A DNA stretch of 21,329 nt from Chthonomonadales bacterium (lineage in GTDB: Bacteria; Armatimonadota; Chthonomonadetes; Chthonomonadales; Chthonomonadaceae): assembly GCA_038217285.1 (NCBI GenBank), contig JBBQPO010000079.1, positions 1 through 21,329 of the forward strand, read 5' to 3'. The notes below the pieces were generated by a model. It was not told the origin of the DNA. It ran no database searches and worked only from the letters and a program-made list of their open reading frames with translations. The translations under genes were made by a program, and so were the position numbers. Shown piece by piece: positions 1 through 8,410 of the stretch (positions within the stretch are counted from its first letter, which is position 1; each line of letters begins with the position of its first letter).

Positions 1-127
1 TTTATGGCACTCTGGTACAGCGAACGGGCTATACCTAACACGCCATAAATTCCTGGCAATACGTTCGCGAAATGCTTTTTGATCTCATTTGCCTTCGATG
101 AGGCCGCACTTGAAGGTTCAATTTAGT

Positions 128-721
128 CTAAACGTCAACTACTATTTCGACGTAAGCAGGCGTTACCAGTCGCTCTGGAAAGACAACGAGACAATGCGCT
201 CCCGCAGACTGCGCAGAAGGATAACGGATCGCCTGTATGCTGGCGCAATCAAATGCGGCTTGCCCTAACAGTTGCGTTGCCACTGCATGACCGCGTGCCT
301 GCGCTAAACGCCAGGGGCGCAACAGTTCCCTGTTGGTTGTTTGGAGGGTCTGCTGGATGGCCGCATCTGTTATGTCCAATACGCTATCGAGACGCGCACG
401 CACGGAGATCAGAACGGTCGGCGGCAATACGGGCGCACTTGCTGGGGCGCTGCGCCAGGCTTGCGTATGTACGCGATTGGCTTCTGCATAGGCTGTCTGC
501 GGATCAAGAGCCAGATATAGCGAAGCTGGTCCGCCAATCGGCGTATACCGTGCGCCGCGCTGCCGCGCTCCTTCGCTAAAAAGAGGCAATGGCTGCGGAT
601 AAGGGGTGGGTTGATGAAAACCGAAGAGCGCTTCCAGGTCTATGGCGCGATAGAAAACGCCCTCGAAAGCGTGGGTCGGAAGCGATGGCAACGTTGTCAG
701 TAAGACAGCCTCGGTGAGCAT
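128..721 (-). CDS. RES-domain toxin (RES family NAD+ phosphorylase/ADP-ribosyltransferase-like)
   Basis: 197 aa with the R-E-S signature motifs FYRA, ARYTP..G..SLYLA...TAYAE and IRYPSA....CLVVFP. Its start overlaps the stop of the upstream antitoxin. Confidence 0.9.
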   Translation of the reverse strand: MLTEAVLLTTLPSLPTHAFEGVFYRAIDLEALFGFHQPTPYPQPLPLFSEGARQRGARYTPIGGPASLYLALDPQTAYAEANRVHTQAWRSAPASAPVLPPTVLISVRARLDSVLDITDAAIQQTLQTTNRELLRPWRLAQARGHAVATQLLGQAAFDCASIQAIRYPSAQSAGAHCLVVFPERLVTPAYVEIVVDV

Positions 722-1497
722 CAGGCAGGCTCACCACGCAAAACGTCCTCAAGGAGATCCGCCACAACCTCTCCCTCCCCGTTAAGAAGCAACGCAAGAG
801 GCGTCTCCTCTTCCAGTTCAGGATGGCTTGCCTGCATCCAGGTCCGCAGGCCAATTTCCGAACCCGTCAATCGTAAAAGCATCGCGGCAATCCGTTCGTA
901 AACCCGTAGAGCGGGCTGGATTCGCGGGCTGTTCGGCGTCTTATGCACGGCCTGTTCCGAGCGGCCGAGGGCACGCGACAGGGCCGCCAGGGAGATTCCA
1001 TAGAGTGCGCTGACCGCCTGGGCATCCAGACGACCGTTACTGGCATGCAGATGCGGTAATGTGTGCTGCAACGCGCTGTGCAGGTTTGCGGTAGGCACCT
1101 TATCGATGCCGGGACGCGCAGTACCGGTTTCCCTGCCCCGTGCCAACAGACGCGAAGCTCGCAGACGCAGCTCGCGCGAATCACTTGTATTCAGCACGAA
1201 ATCGACGTTAGGCTGCTGTAACGCATTGCTAAGACCTTCCAACCCGGTCACATCGGCACCGGCAAGATAGAGAACCCCAGCGTTCGGCATCGTGGAAGGA
1301 AGCCGCATTAATACGTCGGTTTGCGGGGCGTTCTCACCCGACAAATCATAAATGACCAATGCCGGAGCCGAATCCTGCCGGGCATGGAGAAAAGTCGTCC
1401 ACTGTTTGCGAACCACGCGGACCGAGGTACCCTCTAAACCCTGATCGATCAGACGAGCACGCCGGGGTCCCGCGCCAACAACAAGCACATGGCTCAT
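721..1497 (-). CDS. Xre/MbcA/ParS-type antitoxin with N-terminal receiver-like domain
   Basis: The C-terminus (WMQASHPELEEETPLALLLNGEGEVVADLLE) matches the DUF2384/MbcA pattern and is preceded by an HTH-like segment (LDAQAVSALYGISLAALSRALG). Start placed at ATG 1497 (GAGG RBS) because ATG 1539 lies inside the -10 box. Confidence 0.85.
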   Translation of the reverse strand: MSHVLVVGAGPRRARLIDQGLEGTSVRVVRKQWTTFLHARQDSAPALVIYDLSGENAPQTDVLMRLPSTMPNAGVLYLAGADVTGLEGLSNALQQPNVDFVLNTSDSRELRLRASRLLARGRETGTARPGIDKVPTANLHSALQHTLPHLHASNGRLDAQAVSALYGISLAALSRALGRSEQAVHKTPNSPRIQPALRVYERIAAMLLRLTGSEIGLRTWMQASHPELEEETPLALLLNGEGEVVADLLEDVLRGEPA

Positions 1498-1537
1498 AGC
1501 TTCTGGCCTCTTTTCAAATAGGTTGCCTACTGCTCTC

Positions 1538-1570
1538 ATTTTACCATAGGATCAACTTTTTATCAACTTT
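1538..1570 (-). promoter_or_regulatory. sigma70-type promoter of the antitoxin-RES operon with overlapping direct repeat
   Basis: Minus strand reads TTGATA-N17-TAAAAT with TG extension. AAAGTTGAT is repeated at 1551-1559 and 1562-1570. Confidence 0.7.
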
Positions 1571-1672
1571 ATTGGCACGGTGGAAGCGGGAACTCTATCT
1601 CGCCCGCAAGCGGAGAGGGAGGCAATTCCTGTTCGTTTCGATGCACAAGGGCTATTGTTTAGTCATTTCTAT

Positions 1673-2878
1673 CTATCCTAGTTCGAGGGCGCGGACGACG
1701 GTCTCCATATCTTTGTCGCCGCGACCGGAGAGACTGATCGCCACAATGGTCTCGGGGGTCAGCTGCGCTTCCATCGTTTCCAGGTGGGCGAGCGCGTGGG
1801 CGGTCTCCAGGGCGCAGATGATGCCTTCGGTATGCGCCAGGTTTTCCAGCGCCTTCAGGGCGTCGCTGTCGGTGACGGCAACGTAAGTGGCACGACCGGA
1901 ATCTTTCAGATAGGAGTGCTCCGGGCCGACGCCGGGATAGTCGAGACCGGCCGAGATCGAGTGCGTCTCCGCCACCTGGCCGTCGTCGTCCTGCAGCAGA
2001 TAGCTGGCCGAGCCGTGCAGGACGCCCGGCGTCCCTGCGGTCAGCGGGGCGCAGTGCTTCCCGGAGTCCAGCCCCTCGCCCGCCGCCTCGATGCCGATCA
2101 ACTGCACCTCCGTATCCGCCATGAACGGGTAGAACATCCCCATCGCGTTGGAGCCGCCGCCCACACAGGCCAGCACATAGTCCGGCAGTCGGCCTTCGCG
2201 CTCCAGACACTGCCGACGTGTCTCGACTCCGATCACCGCCTGAAAATCGCGCACGATCATCGGGTAGGGATGCGGCCCCACCACGGAGCCGATGATATAG
2301 TGCGTATCGCGAACGTTCGTGACCCAGTCGCGCATCGCCTCGTTGGTCGCGTCTTTCAACGTCCCCGTGCCGCTCGTGACCGGAATGACCTTCGCGCCGA
2401 GCAGGCGCATTCGGGCCACATTGAGGGCCTGCCGCCGCATATCCTCCTCGCCCATATAGACTTCGCAACTCAGTCCGAAACGGGCGCAGACCGTTGCGGT
2501 CGCCACGCCGTGCTGCCCGGCCCCCGTCTCCGCGATGACCCGCTTCTTGCCCATGCGTAGAGTCAACAGGATCTGCCCGGCCGTGTTGTTGATCTTGTGC
2601 GCCCCGGTGTGGCACAGGTCTTCGCGTTTCAGGTAGATGCGCGCGCCGTACTGCGCGGAGAGCCGTTCGGCATGGTAGAGCGGCGTGGCGCGACCGACGA
2701 AGTCGCGCAGATGGTAGTCGAGTTCGCGCTGAAACTCCGGATCGGCTTTCGCTTTCTCATACTCCGCCGCCAGCTCATCCAGCGCCGGAATCAGGGTCTC
2801 CGGTACGAATCGCCCGCCATACGCCCCGAACCGTCCCCGCATGTCGGGAACCGCTGCCGTCAATTGCTCCGCTGCCAT
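1673..2878 (-). CDS. trpB: Tryptophan synthase beta chain
   Basis: Motifs [27 protein letters not shown] (PLP lysine), [34 protein letters not shown] and LSGRGDKD. Confidence 0.98.
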   Translation of the reverse strand: MAAEQLTAAVPDMRGRFGAYGGRFVPETLIPALDELAAEYEKAKADPEFQRELDYHLRDFVGRATPLYHAERLSAQYGARIYLKREDLCHTGAHKINNTAGQILLTLRMGKKRVIAETGAGQHGVATATVCARFGLSCEVYMGEEDMRRQALNVARMRLLGAKVIPVTSGTGTLKDATNEAMRDWVTNVRDTHYIIGSVVGPHPYPMIVRDFQAVIGVETRRQCLEREGRLPDYVLACVGGGSNAMGMFYPFMADTEVQLIGIEAAGEGLDSGKHCAPLTAGTPGVLHGSASYLLQDDDGQVAETHSISAGLDYPGVGPEHSYLKDSGRATYVAVTDSDALKALENLAHTEGIICALETAHALAHLETMEAQLTPETIVAISLSGRGDKDMETVVRALELG

Positions 2879-2913
2879 GGCCTCTTTGCTCCTTACAAAT
2901 CGTTGGTGCCTCT

Positions 2914-2922
2914 ATTATACCA
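2914..2922 (-). promoter_or_regulatory. Extended -10 promoter for trpB
   Basis: Minus strand TGGTATAAT about 35 nt upstream of the trpB ATG. A divergent TATAAT lies at ~2989-2994 on the plus strand. Confidence 0.5.
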
Positions 2923-3067
2923 GCCCCAGTCGCCCCTCTGCCGACCTGACACGCTGCGAAAAAACAGGCAAGTCGCTCCCACATAGGATATAATAGGGGT
3001 GAAGTGTTCCAGGCTTCCTCGCCGATGCGGGCGGGAAGGCCTCTGTGTGGGAGTTCAGCACAACGTT

Positions 3068-4408
3068 ATGCAAAACTCGAGAGTCAAAGGCGCGGCTCTG
3101 TGGCTTGGCAGCCTGTTGCTGTTGCCAATCCTGTGTCTGGCGGGCGGGGGGCAGCAGGAGGACGACTTCGGTCACCCGGCCATTCAGTACATCAAGCGGT
3201 CGCCGGACGATCCGATCAGCCGCCTGCAAAAACAGATGGATGCCGGGCAGATCCGTCTGACCTACAATGCGCGCAACGGTTATTTGAGTTCCGTATTGGC
3301 GCAGTTGAAAATTCCGATCTCGTCACAGATGCTCGTCTTTTCCAAGACCAGCTTCCAGCGCGAGCTTATCACCCCGAACGCCCCACGCGCCCTCTACTTC
3401 AACGACAGTACCTACGTCGGCTGGGTGCAGGACGGCTCGGTCGTGGAGGTCGCCACGCAGGATCCGCAACTGGGCGCGGTCTTCTACACGCTCACGCAGG
3501 CGGCGACCGGGCATCCCCGTTTCCAGCGTCAGACCTACGAGTGCCTCCAGTGCCACAGCACCTCCATGACCGCCGGGGTGCCGGGCCTCATCATGCGTTC
3601 GGTCTATGCGCACGCCGATGGACAGCCCGAATTTCGCGCCGGAACCTATCTCACCACCGACCAGAGCCCGCTGACGGAACGCTGGGGCGGATGGTACGTT
3701 ACCGGCAAACATGGGACGATGCGCCACATGGGCAACGTCTTCGCGCAGGGCGACGAGAACGTGGTCATCGACCGCGACAAAGGCGCCAACCGAACCAGCC
3801 TCAAGGGCCTGGTCGATACGACGCCCTATATCGTTCCTACCAGCGACATCGTGGCTCTGTTCGTGGCCGAACACCAGACTCGCTTCCATACGCTGCTCAC
3901 CAAGGCCAACTACCACACCCGTATGGCCCTCTTCGATGAGGCCCTGCTCAATACGGAGCTAAAGCGCCCGGCCAACTACCACTCCGACAGTACTTCCAGT
4001 CGTATTCGGAGCGTCTGTGAGCCGCTGCTGAAGGCCATGCTTTTCGTGCAGGAGGCTCCGCTGACCGATACCGTCACCGGAACCTCCGGGTTCGCAGAAC
4101 AGTTCGCGGCGCAAGGGCCGTTCGACCATCAACACCGTTCGCTGCATCAACTCGATCTGCACCATCGGCTTCTTCGCTACCCTTGCAGCTATCTCATCTA
4201 CTCCGAAGCCTTCAACGCCCTGCCGCTCGAAGCCAGAAGCTATCTCTATCGGCGACTGCACGAAGTGTTGACCGCTGCGGACGCCGGCAAGGATTTCGCG
4301 CACCTGACGCCATCCGACCGCAAGGCTATCCTGGAGATATTGACCGACACCAAACCCGACTTCGCTGCCCTCTCCCGCTCCGCCCCTCCGGAAGCCGCTG
4401 CGCGCTAA
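3068..4408 (+). CDS. Secreted hypothetical protein with single CxxCH (putative c-type heme) motif
   Basis: Signal-peptide-like N-terminus (MQNSRVKGAALWLGSLLLLPILCLAG), CLQCH motif, and conserved-looking segments LVFSKTSFQ, PRALYFND and ERWGGWYVTG. Confidence 0.75.
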   Translation: MQNSRVKGAALWLGSLLLLPILCLAGGGQQEDDFGHPAIQYIKRSPDDPISRLQKQMDAGQIRLTYNARNGYLSSVLAQLKIPISSQMLVFSKTSFQRELITPNAPRALYFNDSTYVGWVQDGSVVEVATQDPQLGAVFYTLTQAATGHPRFQRQTYECLQCHSTSMTAGVPGLIMRSVYAHADGQPEFRAGTYLTTDQSPLTERWGGWYVTGKHGTMRHMGNVFAQGDENVVIDRDKGANRTSLKGLVDTTPYIVPTSDIVALFVAEHQTRFHTLLTKANYHTRMALFDEALLNTELKRPANYHSDSTSSRIRSVCEPLLKAMLFVQEAPLTDTVTGTSGFAEQFAAQGPFDHQHRSLHQLDLHHRLLRYPCSYLIYSEAFNALPLEARSYLYRRLHEVLTAADAGKDFAHLTPSDRKAILEILTDTKPDFAALSRSAPPEAAAR

Positions 4409-4472
4409 TTCAGATGGGAAGACTGAAAATAGGGTATCTTAAGCAGACTTATCAGAAGAGGAGCGGAACTAG

Positions 4473-5213
4473 ATGACCTACTGCCTGGGGATTATGCTGC
4501 GGGAGGGGCTGGTGCTGGCCTCCGACTCGCGGTCGAATGCGGGCTATGACCAGGTCAATGTCTGCCGAAAGATGCATGTTTTTGAAAAGCCCGGCGAACG
4601 ACTGTTCGTTGTTTTGACCAGCGGCAGCCTCTCCCTCTCGCAGTCGGTGCTCACCCTGCTACGCGCGGAGTGGGAACAGGGAGAAGGCCTTGCGAAGGCT
4701 GAATCGATGTATGAGGCGGCCCGCGTACTCGGTGACAGGATACGGCGTGTCTCCGACCTCGACCGCACGGCGCTGGAACGGGACGATTTTCGGTTCAATA
4801 CACACCTTATTCTTGGCGGTCAGATCGCCGGTCAGCGCCATAATCTCTATCTCGTCTATCCGCAGGGCAATCCCCTGTGCGCGGCGGAAGAGACGCCCTA
4901 TCTTCAGGTGGGAGAAACGAAGTACGGGCGCCCCATTCTGGATCGCGGGGTCCATTACGACTATACGACGCTGGAGCAGGCCGCCAAATACGCACTGATC
5001 TCGCTTGACTCCACCATCCGCTCCAACCTGACGGTCGGTCCCCCCATCGACCTGCTGGTCTACCCGGCCGACTCGCTGCGCGTGACGCAGCACCGCCGCT
5101 TCTCCGCGCGCGACCCCGATCTGCTGGGAATCCACACGCAGTGGGAACAGGCGTTGCGCCGTGCCGTCCTGGAGCTGCCCTCCATTCGTTTCGAGGGCGA
5201 CCCAAAATCTTAG
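4473..5213 (+). CDS. Anbu proteasome-type Ntn protease
   Basis: N-terminal M-T(1)-YCLG...GLVLASDSRSNAG.D, plus LQVGETKYGRPILDR and SLDSTIRSNLTVGPPIDL, typical of Anbu. Confidence 0.92.
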   Translation: MTYCLGIMLREGLVLASDSRSNAGYDQVNVCRKMHVFEKPGERLFVVLTSGSLSLSQSVLTLLRAEWEQGEGLAKAESMYEAARVLGDRIRRVSDLDRTALERDDFRFNTHLILGGQIAGQRHNLYLVYPQGNPLCAAEETPYLQVGETKYGRPILDRGVHYDYTTLEQAAKYALISLDSTIRSNLTVGPPIDLLVYPADSLRVTQHRRFSARDPDLLGIHTQWEQALRRAVLELPSIRFEGDPKS

Positions 5214-5277
5214 CGTTCGGAACTCTTCTCTGCGCCGGTTCCCTGTTCCTGATAAAACACTCAGGGTGCGGGCTTGT

Positions 5278-5313
5278 TTGCAAAACGCGCATTCAAGGTG
5301 CTATTATCAAGCC
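5278..5313 (+). promoter_or_regulatory. Promoter for the GT4 gene, probably leaderless
   Basis: TTGCAA-N18-TATTAT with TG extension. The ATG follows 6 nt after the -10 box and there is no Shine-Dalgarno. Confidence 0.55.
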
Positions 5314-6420
5314 ATGAAGATTCTTCAACTCTGCTCCAGTTCCCGTATCTCGGGCGCGGAGAAACATGTGGTTGTTCTCTCGGAGCGTCTGCGGCAGCGT
5401 GGGCATACCGTTCATGCGATCTGTCCGCCCGGAGGCTGGCTGCCGGACCAGTTGCGCGCAGCCGGCATACCCGCCACGGAGATGGATATGCGCGGGTTCC
5501 TGGGCTCCTGCAACGCGCCGAGGAATCTGACGCGCTATGTGCGCGAAAACGGTTTCGACCTGATTCATGCCCATCTGACGCGGGCGACGTATGTTGGGCT
5601 TCTGGCGGGACGCTGGGCGCATGTGCCGCTGGTCTCCTCCATCCACTGCCGCACGACCGACGTCGTCTATCGCTATCTTTTTCCGCCGCGCAACGGACGC
5701 ATCGTCACCGTTTCCGACTTTTTGAAAGACGGCCTGATGCGCAAAGGCGTCCCTGCCGGGCGCATTCAGACCATCTATAACGGCACGGACTTCGTCTCCA
5801 GCGCCGAGGGCGCGGCCGAGGCGGAAGCGCGCAATGCGCTGCCGGTTCGCGCCGAGCTGAGCCTGCCGCCCGACGCCGAGTTGGTCGGCATCTTTGCCCG
5901 CGTGGAAGAGTTCAAAGGCCATTTCGTCCTGGCTCAGGCGGTCAAGAAGTTGGTCGCGGCGCGGCCTCGGGCCTACGTCGTCTGTGTTGGAACTGCGGAG
6001 CCGGCGACGCAAAAACAACTCTGGGATATTACGGCGGCGGATGGGGTCGCGGAACGTCTGCGCTTCACCGGACAGCGTGAGGACGTGCAGCGGCTCATGT
6101 CGGCGATGGATGTTTTGACCCTGCCCTCACGCTACGAGGCGTGCAGCATGGCGATCATCGAGGGGATGGCGCTGGGTAAGCCCGTCGTGGCGACCCGCGC
6201 CGGAGGCAATCCCGAGTTGGTCGAGCATGAGGCGACAGGCCTCCTCATCGAACGCACCCCCGAGGCGTTGGCGGACGCACTGATACAGATACTTTCTGAT
6301 CCCACGCGCCTGCGCGAGATGGGGCAGGAGGCACGACGACGGGCGGAAGCCCGTTTCTCCGCGGATGTCATGGTCAACCAGATCGAGAGCCTATACGGGG
6401 AGATGCTAGCCGCCGCGTGA
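5314..6420 (+). CDS. Glycosyltransferase family 4 (GT-B)
   Basis: MKILQL...SGAEKHV, DLIHAH, IYNG, RVEEFKGH and PSRYEACSMAIIEGMALGKPVVATRAGGNPE (EX7E motif). Confidence 0.93.
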   Translation: MKILQLCSSSRISGAEKHVVVLSERLRQRGHTVHAICPPGGWLPDQLRAAGIPATEMDMRGFLGSCNAPRNLTRYVRENGFDLIHAHLTRATYVGLLAGRWAHVPLVSSIHCRTTDVVYRYLFPPRNGRIVTVSDFLKDGLMRKGVPAGRIQTIYNGTDFVSSAEGAAEAEARNALPVRAELSLPPDAELVGIFARVEEFKGHFVLAQAVKKLVAARPRAYVVCVGTAEPATQKQLWDITAADGVAERLRFTGQREDVQRLMSAMDVLTLPSRYEACSMAIIEGMALGKPVVATRAGGNPELVEHEATGLLIERTPEALADALIQILSDPTRLREMGQEARRRAEARFSADVMVNQIESLYGEMLAAA

Positions 6421-6436
6421 GACAGGAGTCCTGGCA

Positions 6437-7189
6437 ATGACAGCGCCGATCCTCATGTACCATAAAGTAGGCGCTTCCGTCGATCGTCCGGAAGAGACCT
6501 TCCTGAACGTATCCGCAGAGACTTTCGAGAGACAGATGCGCGCGCTGGCGCGCATGCGCTACCGTGCCCTGACCTTCGCACAGGTCGTGGAGGCGCTGCG
6601 CGACGGGCAGCCGCTGCCACGCCGCAGTTTCGCCATCACGTTCGATGACGGCTACCAGTGTGTGGGGGACGTCGCGGCGCCGATTCTGGAGCGATACGGC
6701 TTTCCAGCGACGGTCTTTGTCGTTTCGGGGGCCGCAGGGGGAGCGAACATCTGGGATGGGCTCACGGGCCGCCCGGTCCTTCCGCTTATGCCCTGGGACC
6801 GGCTGCGGGAACTTACACAGGCGGGCTGGGAGATGGCAGGGCATACCTGCACCCATCCCCATCTGAACGAACTGGAGGATGCCGAGGCTCTGCGTGAGAT
6901 CGTGGAAGGCAAAGCAGCCACGGAAGCGCAGTTAGGCATTCGCCTGCAGACGTTCTGCTATCCGTTCGGCCATTTCAACGCGAAGACGCCGGATCTGGTC
7001 CGTGCCGCCGGATTCGCGGGAGCCTGCACCACCCGCAGCGGACTGGCCAAGAGAGATACCGACCCTTTTCTGCTTCCGCGCGTCAAGATCGCCTACCGGG
7101 ACGGCGTTGCAGGAATGCTCTATCGCCTGATGGTACGTCCTCGCCTGCCCAGTCTTCGCCGCAATCGTTCCCCGCGCAGCGCCTGCTGA
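6437..7189 (+). CDS. Polysaccharide deacetylase (CE4/NodB family)
   Basis: PILMYH, ITFDDGY, GHTCTHPHL, FCYPFG and LLPRV motifs; AGGAG RBS. Confidence 0.93.
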   Translation: MTAPILMYHKVGASVDRPEETFLNVSAETFERQMRALARMRYRALTFAQVVEALRDGQPLPRRSFAITFDDGYQCVGDVAAPILERYGFPATVFVVSGAAGGANIWDGLTGRPVLPLMPWDRLRELTQAGWEMAGHTCTHPHLNELEDAEALREIVEGKAATEAQLGIRLQTFCYPFGHFNAKTPDLVRAAGFAGACTTRSGLAKRDTDPFLLPRVKIAYRDGVAGMLYRLMVRPRLPSLRRNRSPRSAC

Positions 7190-7399
7190 TCAATCGCGCT
7201 TGTCGGGAGGCTTTTCCGTAGGGGTGTAGAGGCTTGCAAGCGCGGCATAGGGGTCGAGCGGACCGTCCTGCTTCTCCTGCTCGGCCTTAAAAGCACGTAC
7301 TCCGGCATTGAGACGGCGCACATTGCGCACGACCCGCCACGCGATCCAGACAGTGCAAATCACCGCCGTCACGATTCCGATCTCTCTTCCCAACGCCAT
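7190..7399 (-). CDS. Small membrane protein (69 aa)
   Basis: GGAGG RBS before ATG 7399; single hydrophobic helix (IGIVTAVICTVWIAW) followed by a charged tail. Confidence 0.6.
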   Translation of the reverse strand: MALGREIGIVTAVICTVWIAWRVVRNVRRLNAGVRAFKAEQEKQDGPLDPYAALASLYTPTEKPPDKRD

Positions 7400-7623
7400 A
7401 CGGACCTCCCATCTCCTCATGCCTACCCCTGGCACCCCGACTGCAACCCGCTTCAAATAGGTGAACCCATTCGGTGCTTGGCGCCGTCTAAATGTATGAG
7501 AGCGAAATTCAAAGCCGCACCATTGCGCCTCCGCAAGTCTCCATACCTTTCTGCGATAGCCCCCTTTTCAGTTTGCATCGCACCGTTCCCTGTCGGCAGC
7601 GCGCGGAGGTTGTAGGGCTCACC

Positions 7624-8355
7624 ATGAACGCGGTTGTTTTAAGAATGGGAAGGAAAAAACCCCCGGTGCGAAAGTGGAGCAAAGATACGATCGCGGGCGA
7701 AATACAGCGAATGTTCCAGACCGGTGAAAACCTGAACTACGCCAGCATCGCCGCCGAGGAAGTGGCGTTGCTGCGCGCGGCCACACGCTACTTCGGTTCC
7801 TGGCGCATCGCGATAGAGTACGCCGGACTGAACTACGACGATATTCGGCGCTATAAGACATGGACGCAAGAGCGCATTCTGGAGCGCATTCTGGAACTGA
7901 ACACATTGGGAGAAGACCTGAGCTGGCGGCATGTCAGCACCGTGGTCGACCCGCAACTGGCGGCAGCAGCGACCAAACACAAGCACTATGGCTCCTGGCG
8001 CGCCGCCGTCACGGCCGCAGGGCTGGACTATGGACAGATACGGCGCTACCGTGAGTGGGACGCCAAGACGATCGAGCAGAGGCTTCGCGATCTCCACGCC
8101 CAGGGTATCAATCTGAACGCCCGCCATGTCGAAGAGTACGACATCACGCTCATTACGGCAGCGCGAAGGCGGTTCAGCAGTTGGGATGCGGCCTTGACGG
8201 CCGCCGGCCTGGACTACCGCCAGATCGTCCTCCGCGCGCCTTTCAAGCGGCGCGCAAAACTGGCCCCGGCGACGGTTGTAGAGCGACGCCACTCGCCTCA
8301 AGCGGTGACGTCTGTCAGGGCAGGAGCAGAGCCTGTGGCGGTCGGCGCGAAATAG
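7624..8355 (+). CDS. Protein of three tandem ~63-aa repeats, resembling homing-endonuclease-associated repeats; putative nucleic-acid binding
   Basis: Repeats begin at Trp codons 7675, 7861 and 8056 with consensus W...I...I.....G.+L......L..AA...(F/Y)GSW..A+..AGL+Y..I. Start is uncertain (7492/7624/7645). Confidence 0.75.
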   Translation: MNAVVLRMGRKKPPVRKWSKDTIAGEIQRMFQTGENLNYASIAAEEVALLRAATRYFGSWRIAIEYAGLNYDDIRRYKTWTQERILERILELNTLGEDLSWRHVSTVVDPQLAAAATKHKHYGSWRAAVTAAGLDYGQIRRYREWDAKTIEQRLRDLHAQGINLNARHVEEYDITLITAARRRFSSWDAALTAAGLDYRQIVLRAPFKRRAKLAPATVVERRHSPQAVTSVRAGAEPVAVGAK

Positions 8356-8375
8356 CCGACGGTCGAAAAGAAAAC

Positions 8376-8403
8376 GGGGCGAAGGAGGCATCTCCTTCGC
8401 CCC
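8376..8403. terminator. Bidirectional intrinsic terminator between the repeat-protein gene and gyrA
   Basis: GGGGCGAAGGAG-gcat-CTCCTTCGCCCC, a 12-bp stem flanked by an A-run on the left and ATTT on the right. Confidence 0.85.
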
Positions 8404-8410
8404 ATTTCGT

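Noticed and set aside
1595-1622. Imperfect palindrome (TCTCGCCCGCAAGCGGAGAGGGA) downstream of trpB
   Set aside because: Single degenerate copy; could be a weak terminator or REP-like element but is not supportable from this window.
1659-2615. Long alternative-frame and antisense ORFs over trpB (318 aa, 258 aa)
   Set aside because: Shadow ORFs expected from high-GC codon bias; no motifs, and they overlap a clear gene.
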